Shown piece after piece: positions 20,110 through 29,936 of a stretch of 62,331 nucleotides of DNA (positions are counted from its first letter, which is position 1; every line of letters starts with the position of its first letter). Below the pieces are notes generated by a model. It was not told where the DNA came from. It saw only the letters and a list, made by a program, of their open reading frames with translations, and searched no databases. A program made the translations under genes and the position numbers. Origin of the DNA: Gemmatimonadales bacterium (lineage in GTDB: Bacteria > Gemmatimonadota > Gemmatimonadetes > Gemmatimonadales > GWC2-71-9); NCBI GenBank assembly GCA_039915645.1, contig JBDSMX010000145.1, positions 1-62,331 on the forward strand. Direction: 5' to 3'.

Positions 20110-20694
20110 TCAGTGACGCGCAGTGATGGCGCCGAGTTCCGACTCGAAGACATTCAACTGGCGGCCAACCGAGTCGGCCGTCGCCTCGGTGAGCGGGTGT
20201 TCGGTCTGCTCGTCGGTCATCATCAGCGAGGCCACCAGCGCATCGGTGTAGCCCACCACCGCGAAGGCAATTCCACGGTCGACGATGGCATTGAGGCGCA
20301 GGAAGACGGCCACGGCCCGGCGCGGACGCATCGCGGCCACCAACGGTCCGATATACTTGATCAGCATCACGCGCAGTTGTTGGAGCTCTTCGACCACTTC
20401 ACCCGCGGCAAGGCCTCGCGCGGCGGCGGTCCGACCGTAATGTTCCATGGCCTGTTGCCAGACCGGGTTGGCTTCACGGTGCAGCGGCCCTAGCATTTCG
20501 ACCAGGGTATCGATGATCAGGCGATATTGCCGCTCGATGCTCGGGCGCGGAATGGCGCTGGAACCGGCACGATCGTCGAGCCAATCAGCCCATTCGGCAA
20601 CCATCGCCTCGCGGGCATCGAGTACGGCCTTGGCGGCCGCCAGTTGAGTCGGATGGGACGAGCGCAGGCGCCGTCTCCTGAAAAAGTGGTTCAA
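20110..20694 (-). CDS. Stand-alone helical RsbRD_N/globin-like sensor-type protein
   Basis: EW...L and HYGRTAAARGLAAGEVVEELQQLR resemble RsbRD N-terminal domains; start uncertain (TTG 20694 or ATG 20604). Confidence 0.5.
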   Translation of the reverse strand: MNHFFRRRRLRSSHPTQLAAAKAVLDAREAMVAEWADWLDDRAGSSAIPRPSIERQYRLIIDTLVEMLGPLHREANPVWQQAMEHYGRTAAARGLAAGEVVEELQQLRVMLIKYIGPLVAAMRPRRAVAVFLRLNAIVDRGIAFAVVGYTDALVASLMMTDEQTEHPLTEATADSVGRQLNVFESELGAITARH

Positions 20695-20711
20695 TCGTAA
20701 CCGGAGTTCAG

Positions 20712-21671
20712 ATGCTTCCCAAGCCGATCCTGCCGCCTCGTCTGGCGCCCGGTGCGCGTGTTGCCCTGATCGCACCTTCCGGGCCGTTGCTGGAGCGCGA
20801 CGACCGCGAACGCGGTGCCGAACTCTGCCGTGCCCTCGGCTTCGAGCCCACGGTGGGCCCAAACGCTGGCAAGGCCTACGGTTACCTCGCCGGCACCGAC
20901 GACGAGCGACTGACGGACCTCAACGCGGCACTGGCCTCGAGCAGCGTCGATGCCGTGTGGTGCCTCCGTGGTGGCAACGGCATGAACCGGATCATCGACA
21001 AGGTCGACTTCGCCGGATTCGCGCGCCACCCGAAGCCGGTGATCGGCTTTTCGGACATCACGGTCCTGTTGCTGGCACTCTGGAAGAAAACCGGCGTCGT
21101 GACATTTCACGGACCGATCGCACGCGCGCCGATGCCGAATTTCCAGCGGTGGCATTTCGACCGCGTGTTGACGAACGTCAGCGCGCCGGGAACACTCGGC
21201 AGTCCGGCACCGAAGCCCGACGTCCTGGTGCCGAAGGACGGACGGATCATCACCATTGCGCCGGGCACGGCACGCGGGCCGCTCATTGGTGGCAATCTCA
21301 CGCTGCTGCAGGCACTCATCGGGACACCACATTTCCCTGATCTCGATGGTGCCATTCTCTTCATCGAGGATGTAAGTGAGGATGTCTACCGGATTGACCG
21401 GATGCTGGCGCATCTGCGGGGAATCGGCGCGTTGCAGAAGGTGGCGGGCGTGGCGGTGGGGCGGTTCACCGAAATGAAGAACGGCACCGACGGCGGTGCG
21501 CTCGGGCTCGATGAGGTCCTGCACACCTATCTCGCCCCGCTCAAGGTGCCAGTGGCCGCCGGCTTCCCGATCGGCCACATCGATGATCAGTGGACGCTGC
21601 CCATAGGTGTCACCGCCGAACTCGATGCCACGCGCGGAGAACTCGCGTTGATCGAGGCGGCTGTGCGCTAG
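20712..21671 (+). CDS. LD-carboxypeptidase (peptidase S66)
   Basis: IAPSG, RGGNG, IGFSDIT, GGNL, LFIEDV, PIGH (Ser-Glu-His triad motifs). Confidence 0.92.
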   Translation: MLPKPILPPRLAPGARVALIAPSGPLLERDDRERGAELCRALGFEPTVGPNAGKAYGYLAGTDDERLTDLNAALASSSVDAVWCLRGGNGMNRIIDKVDFAGFARHPKPVIGFSDITVLLLALWKKTGVVTFHGPIARAPMPNFQRWHFDRVLTNVSAPGTLGSPAPKPDVLVPKDGRIITIAPGTARGPLIGGNLTLLQALIGTPHFPDLDGAILFIEDVSEDVYRIDRMLAHLRGIGALQKVAGVAVGRFTEMKNGTDGGALGLDEVLHTYLAPLKVPVAAGFPIGHIDDQWTLPIGVTAELDATRGELALIEAAVR

Positions 21672-22801
21672 GGGTTCGCGGCACTCCCCTTGGGCCAGGG
21701 GTTGCTGAAGAGCGTGTTGCCGATGAAGTCGCTATCCGTCAGCGCGTTGAGAAAGGCGAGCAGGTCAGCGCGCTGCTGCGTCCCGAGGATGAAGCCGTTG
21801 ACGCGGTTGCTCTTGAACGGATTGTTGCGGCCGTCGCCGGCGTTGGGACCGGTCGCGGTCAGGCGCCCACCGCGGGCGTAGATATCGAGGACTTCGTCGA
21901 GTGTCGCCACACTACCGTCGTGCATGTAGGGCGCGGTGAGCGCGATGTTGCGCAACGTCGGTGCCTTGAAGCGACCCATGTCCTGCGGAGTTCCGGTAAT
22001 GGCGAAGAGACCGGTGTTGTCTGCGGGATACGCGCCCGTGCCGCCGAGATTGTAGAGCCCGTTGTTGAAGAATTCGGTCGGCGGTGCCCCCGGCGGCGGC
22101 TGCGACGTTGCCCCCGAGAAGGTGAATCCTCCGTGACAAGTCGCGCACGCCAGCTGCGGTGAACGAAAAAGCTGTTCCCCCCGACTCGCCGATGCCGACA
22201 TCGTTCCCTTGTCGAAAGCACTCCCGCCCGAAATCAAGGTACGCTCGAAGGCCGCGATCGCGCGGGTGATGTTGTCGACGGTGATGCCGTTGTTGCCCTG
22301 CCCTGGGAACGCGACGCCAAAACGAGTGCGATACTCTGCTTCGGCGGTAAGCCGCGTAAGGAATTCGTCGTCGAGTGCCGTGAGCCCAAGTTCAACCGGA
22401 CTCTGCCCGAACATCGGCACCTGTGCCTGCACTTCGAGGCGAAGCTGATCGGGGTTGGCCCAGGTGAGTGCCGCCGCATACGCCGCGTTGGTAAGGCTCA
22501 TGCTGTTTCGCGGATGCGATTGACCGGTGCTGCCGAGGCCGGTCATCCGGCCATCGGTGAAGGCGAGCGCCTGTTTGTGGCAGGAGCCGCAGGACTGGGT
22601 CTGATTCTGGCTCAGTCTGACGTCGTAGAAGAGGCGCCGTCCGAGTTCCACCTTGGCCGTCGACATTTGATTGTCGGCCGGCACAATCGGGGACGGGAAA
22701 CCCGCCGGAATGCTGAAGGTGAACGGCGGATCTGCCGTGGGGTCGGTGCCGGCATCGCTCGGCGAACTGCAGGCGGCGCTCAGGCCGGCCAACACTCCCA
22801 T
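21668..22801 (-). CDS. MbnH-like di-heme cytochrome c peroxidase (bCcP/MauG superfamily), lipoprotein
   Basis: LSAAC lipobox, KVELGRRLFYD, CGSCH, HPRNSMSLTN, LTWAN, CATCH, FKAPTLRNIALTAPYMHDGS; start uncertain. Confidence 0.85.
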   Translation of the reverse strand: MGVLAGLSAACSSPSDAGTDPTADPPFTFSIPAGFPSPIVPADNQMSTAKVELGRRLFYDVRLSQNQTQSCGSCHKQALAFTDGRMTGLGSTGQSHPRNSMSLTNAAYAAALTWANPDQLRLEVQAQVPMFGQSPVELGLTALDDEFLTRLTAEAEYRTRFGVAFPGQGNNGITVDNITRAIAAFERTLISGGSAFDKGTMSASASRGEQLFRSPQLACATCHGGFTFSGATSQPPPGAPPTEFFNNGLYNLGGTGAYPADNTGLFAITGTPQDMGRFKAPTLRNIALTAPYMHDGSVATLDEVLDIYARGGRLTATGPNAGDGRNNPFKSNRVNGFILGTQQRADLLAFLNALTDSDFIGNTLFSNPWPKGSAANP

Positions 22802-22822
22802 CAGCAACCTTATCTTTCTGCC

Positions 22823-23659
22823 ATGGCCACGCCGACGCTCTCGCATCACACCCTCCCAGGTGCACTCGGTGACATTCTTGTCGATGTGCGGTCGGCATCG
22901 CGGAGCGCGAGGCAACCAGCGGTCCTGCTCCATCACGGCTTCAAGGGCTTCAAGGACTACGCCTTCTTCCCGCCGTTCGCCGACCGCCTTGCTCGTGCCG
23001 GCTTTGCTGCGGTGACGCTCTCGGTAAGCGGCTCCGGAGTGGACGAGTCCGGCGAATTCACCCGGCTCGACCGCTTTGCCCACAACACCTATTCCATGGA
23101 ACTCGACGACCTCGGCGTCGTCGTGCGCGCGCTCGTTGCCGGCACCCTCGGCGTGGCGCCCCCGACATCGCTCGGGGTGGTCGGTCACTCACGCGGCGGC
23201 GGCATGGTGCTCTGCCTCGCCCGAGAGACCCCCGCGATAGCCGCGGTCGCCACATGGGCCGCCATCGGAACCGCTCGACGCCACTCAGATGCCGAACTCG
23301 CCGCCTGGCAGCAGGCCGGCACCATCCAGATTCTCCACCAGCGGCTGCGTATCCAGATGCCGCTGAGCTTCGATGTCGCCGCCGACTGTCTGCTCCACGA
23401 GCACGATCGGCTCGACATCCCTGCTGCGGCTCGAACTCTGGGCCGGCCCTGGCTCCAGGTGCACGGCAGGGCGGACCAGGCCGTGCCTTTTGCTGAAGCC
23501 GAGGCGCTCGATGCGGTCGCCGGCGCGGGACACGAGACGCTCTTTCTCGATGGCGCCGATCACACCTTTGGCACCAAACACCCGTGGGCTGGTTCGTCGG
23601 CCGAGAGTGACAGGGTCTTCGACGCGACCGTGAAATTCTTCTCCCGGACGTTGGACTGA
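22823..23659 (+). CDS. Alpha/beta hydrolase
   Basis: HGFKGFKD, GHSRGG nucleophile elbow, HG..D..V, ADHTF. Confidence 0.88.
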   Translation: MATPTLSHHTLPGALGDILVDVRSASRSARQPAVLLHHGFKGFKDYAFFPPFADRLARAGFAAVTLSVSGSGVDESGEFTRLDRFAHNTYSMELDDLGVVVRALVAGTLGVAPPTSLGVVGHSRGGGMVLCLARETPAIAAVATWAAIGTARRHSDAELAAWQQAGTIQILHQRLRIQMPLSFDVAADCLLHEHDRLDIPAAARTLGRPWLQVHGRADQAVPFAEAEALDAVAGAGHETLFLDGADHTFGTKHPWAGSSAESDRVFDATVKFFSRTLD

Positions 23660-23717
23660 GGATGCGGTCATTCGATTTCATTGGCGGCGCGAGGCCGGCG
23701 CGCGCCGTGGAGCGACC

Positions 23718-24317
23718 GTGCGGGAACTGAGTCGACTCGAGCGCCTCATCGCGGGCGTCGCGGCGCGCGACCCGATCCGGGTCAACGACCCGGGTCGCCC
23801 CGAGGCCGCAGTCGCGCTGCTGCTGCTCGCCGATCCCGATCGGATATTGCTGATCCGGCGCGCCGATCGTGAGAGCGACCCCTGGTCGGGCCAACTCGCG
23901 CTCCCGGGTGGCCGTCGCGATCCTGAAGATTCTGACCTGCTCGCGACCGCGATCCGCGAGACCCGGGAGGAGACCGGCCTCGAGCTGCAGCGGGAATGGC
24001 ACGTCGCCACCCTCGACGATCTCGCGCCCCGGTCGTCGGTACTGCCGCCGATTCTGGTCCGGCCTTTCGTTTTCCGGCTCGAAACCGAGTTGGTGCCCCA
24101 GGTGAGTGATGAAGTCGCGCAAGTGGGGTGGGTCTCGCTCGACTTCCTGAGCGGGCCGGGAGTCTTCCGGACGGCCTCGATCAACATCCGAGGCGCCGAC
24201 CGCGAGGTTGAGGGGTACCACCTCCCCGAGGGCTTCCTCTGGGGGATGACCGAGCGGATCGTGACCCCGGTTTTGCAGCGCTGGCAGCTGCTCGGTGCGG
24301 ACGGGAAGGAGGGTTAG
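23718..24317 (+). CDS. Nudix hydrolase, CoA pyrophosphatase family
   Basis: WSGQLALPGGRRDPED...RETREETGL Nudix box; LWGMT. Confidence 0.88.
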   Translation: MRELSRLERLIAGVAARDPIRVNDPGRPEAAVALLLLADPDRILLIRRADRESDPWSGQLALPGGRRDPEDSDLLATAIRETREETGLELQREWHVATLDDLAPRSSVLPPILVRPFVFRLETELVPQVSDEVAQVGWVSLDFLSGPGVFRTASINIRGADREVEGYHLPEGFLWGMTERIVTPVLQRWQLLGADGKEG

Positions 24318-24350
24318 CCCGGGGGCGCACTTTGTTAGTTGGACCATCCG

Positions 24351-24393
24351 TTGACAATTCGGATGGGCGATTGCAAATATTAGGCATGACTAA
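24351..24393 (+). promoter_or_regulatory. sigma70 promoter (TTGACA...TGcAAATAT) with a DtxR/MntR-type operator TTAGGCATGACTAA over the mntR start codon
   Basis: Perfect -35 at 24351-24356; 14-bp near-palindrome at 24380-24393 in an AT-rich patch. Confidence 0.7.
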
Positions 24394-25081
24394 ATATGCC
24401 GCCGCCGACCTGACCCGGTCGGTCGAGGATTACCTCAAAACCATCTATACCCTCTCCGAATCGGGCCAGCCGGCCACCACAACCGGGATCGCCGAGGCAC
24501 TCGTCCTCGCGGCCCCGTCGGTGAGCGGGATGATCAAGCGCCTGGCTGAAGCCGGTCTGGTGGAGCACCTCCCCTACAAGGGCGTGACGCTCACGGGCGA
24601 CGGTCGCCGCGCTGCCTTGCGGATGCTCCGACGCCATCGGCTCATCGAAGCCTATCTCGTGAAGTTCCTCGGCTACTCGTGGGACACGGTGCACGACGAG
24701 GCCGAGCGACTCGAGCATGCGGTTTCGGATGATCTGATCGACCGGATGGCGCGCGCGCTCGGCAACCCGCGAGTCGACCCCCACGGTGATCCGATTCCGA
24801 CCGCCGACGGGACGATGCACGAGGTCGCCGCCGTTCCGCTTCCCGATGTGGCGATTGGTGAGACTGTGGTGATCACGCGCGTCGATTCCGGGTCGGCCGA
24901 GCGGTTGCGCTGGCTCGGCGAGGCGGGCCTGGTGCCCGGTGCGGAAGTCACCGTTCGCGAGATCCAGCCGTTTTCGGGGCCGATCACGCTCGATCTCGGC
25001 GACCAGCAGCGGGTCGTCGGTCGCGATCTCGCGCAGCAGCTGCATTGCTGCCGGCAGTGCGAAGTGGACGCTGCGGTATGA
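24386..25081 (+). CDS. mntR: DtxR/MntR-family metal-dependent repressor with C-terminal FeoA-like domain
   Basis: [35 protein letters not shown]; directly upstream of mntH. Confidence 0.9.
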   Translation: MTKYAAADLTRSVEDYLKTIYTLSESGQPATTTGIAEALVLAAPSVSGMIKRLAEAGLVEHLPYKGVTLTGDGRRAALRMLRRHRLIEAYLVKFLGYSWDTVHDEAERLEHAVSDDLIDRMARALGNPRVDPHGDPIPTADGTMHEVAAVPLPDVAIGETVVITRVDSGSAERLRWLGEAGLVPGAEVTVREIQPFSGPITLDLGDQQRVVGRDLAQQLHCCRQCEVDAAV

Positions 25082-26451
25082 GCGCGGTCCCAGCGGTCTC
25101 AACCGAGGCACCTACCAGCGGCGGCATCGGCGGCTGGCGCTATCCGCGTCATCAGCCTTCGCTCCCCGAAGTCTTCCAGAGTGTCTCGGTGCCGATCACC
25201 GGGCCGTGGTGGCGGAAGGCGCTGGCCTTCGCCGGACCCGGGTACATGGTGGCCGTGGGTTACATGGACCCGGGCAACTGGGCCACCGATCTCGCCGGTG
25301 GTGCCTCGTTTGGTTATCGCCTGCTCAGCGTGATCCTGATTTCGAATCTGATGGCGATCCTGCTGCAGATGCTCGCCGTGAAGCTCGGCGTCGTCACCGG
25401 GCGCGACCTGGCGCAGGCGTGTCGCGATCACTATTCGCGACCGGTCTCATTCGTCCTCTGGATCCTCTGCGAAATCGCGATTGCCGCGTGCGACCTTGCC
25501 GAAGTGATCGGCTCGGCGATCGCACTCAATCTGCTCTTCGGTATTCCGCTGATCTGGGGCGTGGTGCTCACCGCGCTCGACGTGCTGCTCATCCTGGCGC
25601 TGCAGAATCGCGGCTTCCGTTGGCTCGAAGCGCTGGTAATCGCGCTCGTCGCCACGGTCGGAGTGTGCTTCGCGGTGGAAATGCTGTTGTCGCGGCCGTC
25701 GATGGCGGGGATTCTTGCGGGGCTGGTGCCGTCGGCGCAGGTGGTCACCAATCCGGCGATGCTGTACATCGCGCTCGGCATTCTCGGTGCGACGGTGATG
25801 CCGCACAATCTGTATCTCCACTCCGCCGTGGTGCAAACGCGGAAGATCGGGCCCACTCCCGATGAGAAACGTCAGGCGATCCGGTACGGCACACTCGACT
25901 CCACGCTCGCGCTGCTGTTCGCCTTCCTCATCAATGGCGCGATCCTGATCCTTTCGGCGGCAACCTTTCACGGCTCCGGTCACCAGAGCGTGGCCGACAT
26001 TGGTGACGCCTACAAGTTGCTGACGCCGTTGCTGGGCACGTCGCTGGCCTCGACGCTCTTCGCAGTTGCGCTCCTCGCCTCGGGACAGAACTCCACCATC
26101 ACGGGAACGCTCGCCGGCCAGATCGTGATGGAAGGCTTTTTGGATATCAGGTTGCCGCCCTGGTTGCGGCGGCTAATTACCCGGATGATCGCAATCGTTC
26201 CAGCGGTGATCGTCACGGCGTTGTATGGTGAGAAGGGTGTCGGTGCCCTGCTGATCCTGAGCCAGGTGATCCTCTCCTTGCAGCTGACCTTTGCCGTGGT
26301 GCCACTGGTGCTCTTTACATCATCGAAGGGGAAGATGGGCGAGTTCGCCAATCACCCCTTCACTTCGGGGGTTGCGTGGCTGACGGCAATTGTCATTGCG
26401 GGGCTCAATGGTTGGCTTCTCTGGGGCACGGCCCGGGCGTGGCTCGCGTGA
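25078..26451 (+). CDS. mntH: NRAMP Mn2+ transporter
   Basis: YMDPGNW and [13 protein letters not shown] motifs; GQIVMEGF. Confidence 0.95.
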   Translation: MSAVPAVSTEAPTSGGIGGWRYPRHQPSLPEVFQSVSVPITGPWWRKALAFAGPGYMVAVGYMDPGNWATDLAGGASFGYRLLSVILISNLMAILLQMLAVKLGVVTGRDLAQACRDHYSRPVSFVLWILCEIAIAACDLAEVIGSAIALNLLFGIPLIWGVVLTALDVLLILALQNRGFRWLEALVIALVATVGVCFAVEMLLSRPSMAGILAGLVPSAQVVTNPAMLYIALGILGATVMPHNLYLHSAVVQTRKIGPTPDEKRQAIRYGTLDSTLALLFAFLINGAILILSAATFHGSGHQSVADIGDAYKLLTPLLGTSLASTLFAVALLASGQNSTITGTLAGQIVMEGFLDIRLPPWLRRLITRMIAIVPAVIVTALYGEKGVGALLILSQVILSLQLTFAVVPLVLFTSSKGKMGEFANHPFTSGVAWLTAIVIAGLNGWLLWGTARAWLA

Positions 26452-27221
26452 GGTGGCTCCCGCTCGCGGCGCTCGCCGTGTCGATCACTACTACACTCTC
26501 GGCGCAGTCGTCGACGGAACCGATCAATACTGATCGACCCGACTTCACCGAGTCGAGCACACTCGTCCCGCTGCACCGGCTGCAATTCGAGAGTGGCTAC
26601 TCCTGGACCGAGGCGAAAGCGAACGCCGGCGGCGGAGGTAGCGCAACCTTTCCCGAACTGCTGATTCGCTACGGGCTCAGCAATCGACTTGAGTTCCGGG
26701 TGGGGCAGTCGTTCACGAGGGTCTCGCCTCCCGCCGGACAGGGAAGTGGTATCACCGGACGCGATGATCTTTACCTCGGCCTGAAGATCGGCCTCGGGGC
26801 GCAGCGCGGCGGACAACCGGCGTTGGCGCTGCTGGCGCACACCTCGCTCCCCACCGGCGACAGCAAGACCAGCGCGAGCGGCACCTACCCGGGGCTGGCG
26901 ATTCTCGCCGGCTGGGATCTCTCTCCCGACTGGTCACTCGACACTGGTATCGAGGCCAATCGCGTGAGCGGCGATGCCTGGGAGATCGCTCCCTCCCTCT
27001 CGCTCGGTCGCACCATCTCTGCGCGAGTGAAGGGTTACGCCGAGATCTATTCGCTGCTGCCAGTGCTGGCTGAATCGGGTGCCGGGAATTCCCATTACGT
27101 CAACGGCGGCCTGGCCTTCCTCATCACCGACAATTTTCAGCTCGATGCGCGGGTCGGGGCCGGACTCAGCGATCGCGCCGATCGATACTTCTTCGGATTC
27201 GGGTTCGCGATCAGGCGATAG
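26448..27221 (+). CDS. Outer-membrane beta-barrel ('transporter', MetA-pathway/phenol-degradation family)
   Basis: Signal peptide, TDRPDFTES motif, LPTG, aromatic C-terminal strand; GTGA overlap with mntH. Confidence 0.75.
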   Translation: MRWLPLAALAVSITTTLSAQSSTEPINTDRPDFTESSTLVPLHRLQFESGYSWTEAKANAGGGGSATFPELLIRYGLSNRLEFRVGQSFTRVSPPAGQGSGITGRDDLYLGLKIGLGAQRGGQPALALLAHTSLPTGDSKTSASGTYPGLAILAGWDLSPDWSLDTGIEANRVSGDAWEIAPSLSLGRTISARVKGYAEIYSLLPVLAESGAGNSHYVNGGLAFLITDNFQLDARVGAGLSDRADRYFFGFGFAIRR

Positions 27222-27259
27222 TCCACACTGATGCACGCGGCAGCGGGTAGATTCCGGTC

Positions 27260-28081
27260 GTGAACCGTTTCCTGCTCGCCCTGCTCATCTGCGCACCACT
27301 GCCCTTGCGGGCCCAGCTGCTCGAGATCGCCGTCGAGCGGCGCTTCGCCGACGATGCCAAGGTCCACATTGGCGACACCGTCTGGATCGCCGCCTCTGCG
27401 GATGCGCCGGAGCACGCGGCCCGCGTGGTGGCGGTCACGGAGCCTGCTGCCGACCCCGCCACCATCATGCGTCGCGACTATCGGGTGCGACTCCACCTGC
27501 CGGACCTTGCTGCGATCCTTGGCCAGCCCGACCGCGTCGACCGCTTTGGTGTCGGCCTCGAACCGGGTGTCGATCCTGATAGTGCCGCCGAGCGACTCAA
27601 CCGCGTGGCATTTGGCTACCAGGTGTTCCGGTCGAGTGAAATCGCCTCGCAGTCGTCGACCACCTTCCTGGTGGTCTCCCGATTTCATCGTGCCATTGCG
27701 ATCATCTCCATCCTCGCGAGCGCGGTGTTCCTGCTCTGCCTGATGGTGCTCAAGGTCGAAGAACGGCGACTCGACGTGGCCGTGCTGCGGTTTACCGGTA
27801 TCTCGCGCCGGACGGTCTTCCGCTCGTTGCTGCTCGAGGCGATGGTCGTCGCGGTGGCAGGCGCGCTGCTCGGCACCGGGATCGCGGCGGTGGCGAGCGC
27901 GATCGTGAACTGGTACTACCAGCGCACCTTCTCGACCGCGCTGATCTTCTCGCTGCTGCAGTGGCGCACGATACTCTTTGCCGTGGTGCTCTCGATCGTC
28001 CTCGGGCTGGGGGCGGGATCGCTCGCGGCCTGGCGGCTGGTCCGCACGCCGCCACTGACACTCTGGCGGCGCGCCGGATGA
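27260..28081 (+). CDS. FtsX/MacB-like ABC permease (short, signal-peptide-like N-terminus)
   Basis: VEERRLDVAVLRFTGISR..V...LLLEA FtsX motif and three TM helices. Confidence 0.8.
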   Translation: MNRFLLALLICAPLPLRAQLLEIAVERRFADDAKVHIGDTVWIAASADAPEHAARVVAVTEPAADPATIMRRDYRVRLHLPDLAAILGQPDRVDRFGVGLEPGVDPDSAAERLNRVAFGYQVFRSSEIASQSSTTFLVVSRFHRAIAIISILASAVFLLCLMVLKVEERRLDVAVLRFTGISRRTVFRSLLLEAMVVAVAGALLGTGIAAVASAIVNWYYQRTFSTALIFSLLQWRTILFAVVLSIVLGLGAGSLAAWRLVRTPPLTLWRRAG

Positions 28082-29268
28082 AAGGCTCCTGGGCACTTCG
28101 CGATCTCCTGCGCCACCCTGTGCGGAGTGGGCTGGCGCTGCTTGGCGTCGCGATCTCGGCCGCACTGCTGCTCGACATGGTGCTATTGAGCGGCGGCATC
28201 GAGCGATCATTCGAAAAATTGTTGTTGAGCCGCGGCTACCAGGTGCGAGTCTCCCCCAAGGGGACGCTCCCGTTCGACACCGAGGCGACGCTCGGCAATG
28301 CCGCACAGATCGTTGCCGGTATCCGCAGCACGCCCGGTGTGGTGCAGGCCGGTCCGGTGCTCGGTGCCTCGCTCTTTGCACGTCACGACGGCGCCCTGTT
28401 GCCCCTCGTGGCATATGGCATTGATCCGACGGCGCAGGGGATCTACGTCCTCGAAGATGGCCGTGATCTGTCGCTCGGCGACAGCACGCATGTTCTGCTC
28501 GGCAAGCCCGTCGCGCGACGACTCGGAGCAAAGCTCGGCGACACCCTGGTGCTCGTGGGCAGACTCGATCCCGAAGTGGCCGCGCCGGCACGGAGCGTGA
28601 AAGTTGTCGTCAGCGGGTTGGTGCACTTTCTCTATGATGCCAAGGACCAGCCATCGATTGCGCTGACCCTGCCGATGGTGCAGGGGCTGGGTGGGCCGCA
28701 TCTGGTCGATCGGGCGTCGGTGATTCTGGTGCGCGCGGCTGATGGTGCCGACACGGGCGCGGTGGTAACCCAACTGCGACAGACGTTCCCCAAGCTTGGC
28801 GTGAACACCGTCGGCGATCTGGTGGCGAAGTTTCGTGAACGACTCGCCTACTTCCGACAGCTGTCGCTCATTCTTGGTTCGATCGCGCTCATCGTCACGG
28901 TGCTGCTGGTCGGTACCCTGCTCGCGATCACGGTGAATGAGCGGCTCGGCGAAATCGCCACCATGCGCGCCATTGGCATCTCGCGCACAACCGTGATTGC
29001 GCAGGTGGTGACACAGGGGCTGTTGCTGGTGGTGCCGGGGGGTGTGCTGGGAATTTTCCTCGGGCTTGGCACCGCACGCTGGCTCGACGCCATCCTCACG
29101 TCGTTTCCTGGTCTGCCGGCCGCGATTTCGTTTTTCGTGGCCGAGCCGCGCCAGCTCACCATTGCTGCCCTCACCCTGTTGGTCACTGGCCTGCTCGCCG
29201 GTGTGCCGCCGGCGTGGCGCGCGGCCAACGCCCCGATTGCTGCCACGCTCAGGAGCGACGCCCCGTGA
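28078..29268 (+). CDS. MacB/FtsX ABC permease
   Basis: RHPVRSGLALLGVAIS, periplasmic domain, VNERLGEIATMRAIG. Confidence 0.9.
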   Translation: MKGSWALRDLLRHPVRSGLALLGVAISAALLLDMVLLSGGIERSFEKLLLSRGYQVRVSPKGTLPFDTEATLGNAAQIVAGIRSTPGVVQAGPVLGASLFARHDGALLPLVAYGIDPTAQGIYVLEDGRDLSLGDSTHVLLGKPVARRLGAKLGDTLVLVGRLDPEVAAPARSVKVVVSGLVHFLYDAKDQPSIALTLPMVQGLGGPHLVDRASVILVRAADGADTGAVVTQLRQTFPKLGVNTVGDLVAKFRERLAYFRQLSLILGSIALIVTVLLVGTLLAITVNERLGEIATMRAIGISRTTVIAQVVTQGLLLVVPGGVLGIFLGLGTARWLDAILTSFPGLPAAISFFVAEPRQLTIAALTLLVTGLLAGVPPAWRAANAPIAATLRSDAP

Positions 29269-29936
29269 CGACTGTCCTTGCTGCGCAGGATCTCGAGAAA
29301 CGCTATCCGCTGCACGGTCAGGATGTGGCCGCCTTGCGCGGTGTCACCCTCTCGATTGAGCAGGGCGAATATGTGGCGATCGTGGGACCATCAGGCTCCG
29401 GCAAGTCGACCCTGCTGACGCTGCTCGGCGGACTCGATACGCCGACTGCCGGCACTGTGCGCATCCTCGGCACCTCGCTCGGCGAACTCGACGATCGCAA
29501 ACTCACCCGACTCCGGCTCGAGCGCATCGGCTTCATCTTCCAGCGCTTCCACTTGCTTCCGGTGCTCACGGCCCGCGAAAACGTCGAGCTGCCGCTCGCC
29601 GAGCGTGGTGTTGGCGTGGCGGAGCGACGGGCTCGTGCCGAGGAATTGCTGGCCTATGTGGGGCTCGCCACGCGGACCCACCATCGGGCTACCCAGCTCT
29701 CGGGCGGCGAGATGCAGCGCGTTGCGATTGCTCGCGCGCTCGCGAACGGGCCGGCCATCGTACTCGCCGATGAGCCGACCGGCGAACTCGATGCCGCCAC
29801 GGGAAAGGAGATCCTCGCCCTCTTCCGTCGCCTGCACAACGATGGCACCACACTCGTGGTCGTGACCCACGATGATCAGCTCGCGGCCGAAGCAGGGCGC
29901 GTGATTCGGATGCTCGACGGACGGATCGTCGCCTGA
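29265..29936 (+). CDS. ABC ATP-binding protein (LolD/MacB type)
   Basis: GPSGSGKST, LSGGEMQRVAIARA, LADEPTG, VTHD. Confidence 0.95.
   Translation: MTTVLAAQDLEKRYPLHGQDVAALRGVTLSIEQGEYVAIVGPSGSGKSTLLTLLGGLDTPTAGTVRILGTSLGELDDRKLTRLRLERIGFIFQRFHLLPVLTARENVELPLAERGVGVAERRARAEELLAYVGLATRTHHRATQLSGGEMQRVAIARALANGPAIVLADEPTGELDAATGKEILALFRRLHNDGTTLVVVTHDDQLAAEAGRVIRMLDGRIVA

Noticed and set aside
21668..22801. Methanobactin biosynthetic cluster
   Set aside because: No mbnA/B/C, mbnP or TonB-dependent receptor nearby.
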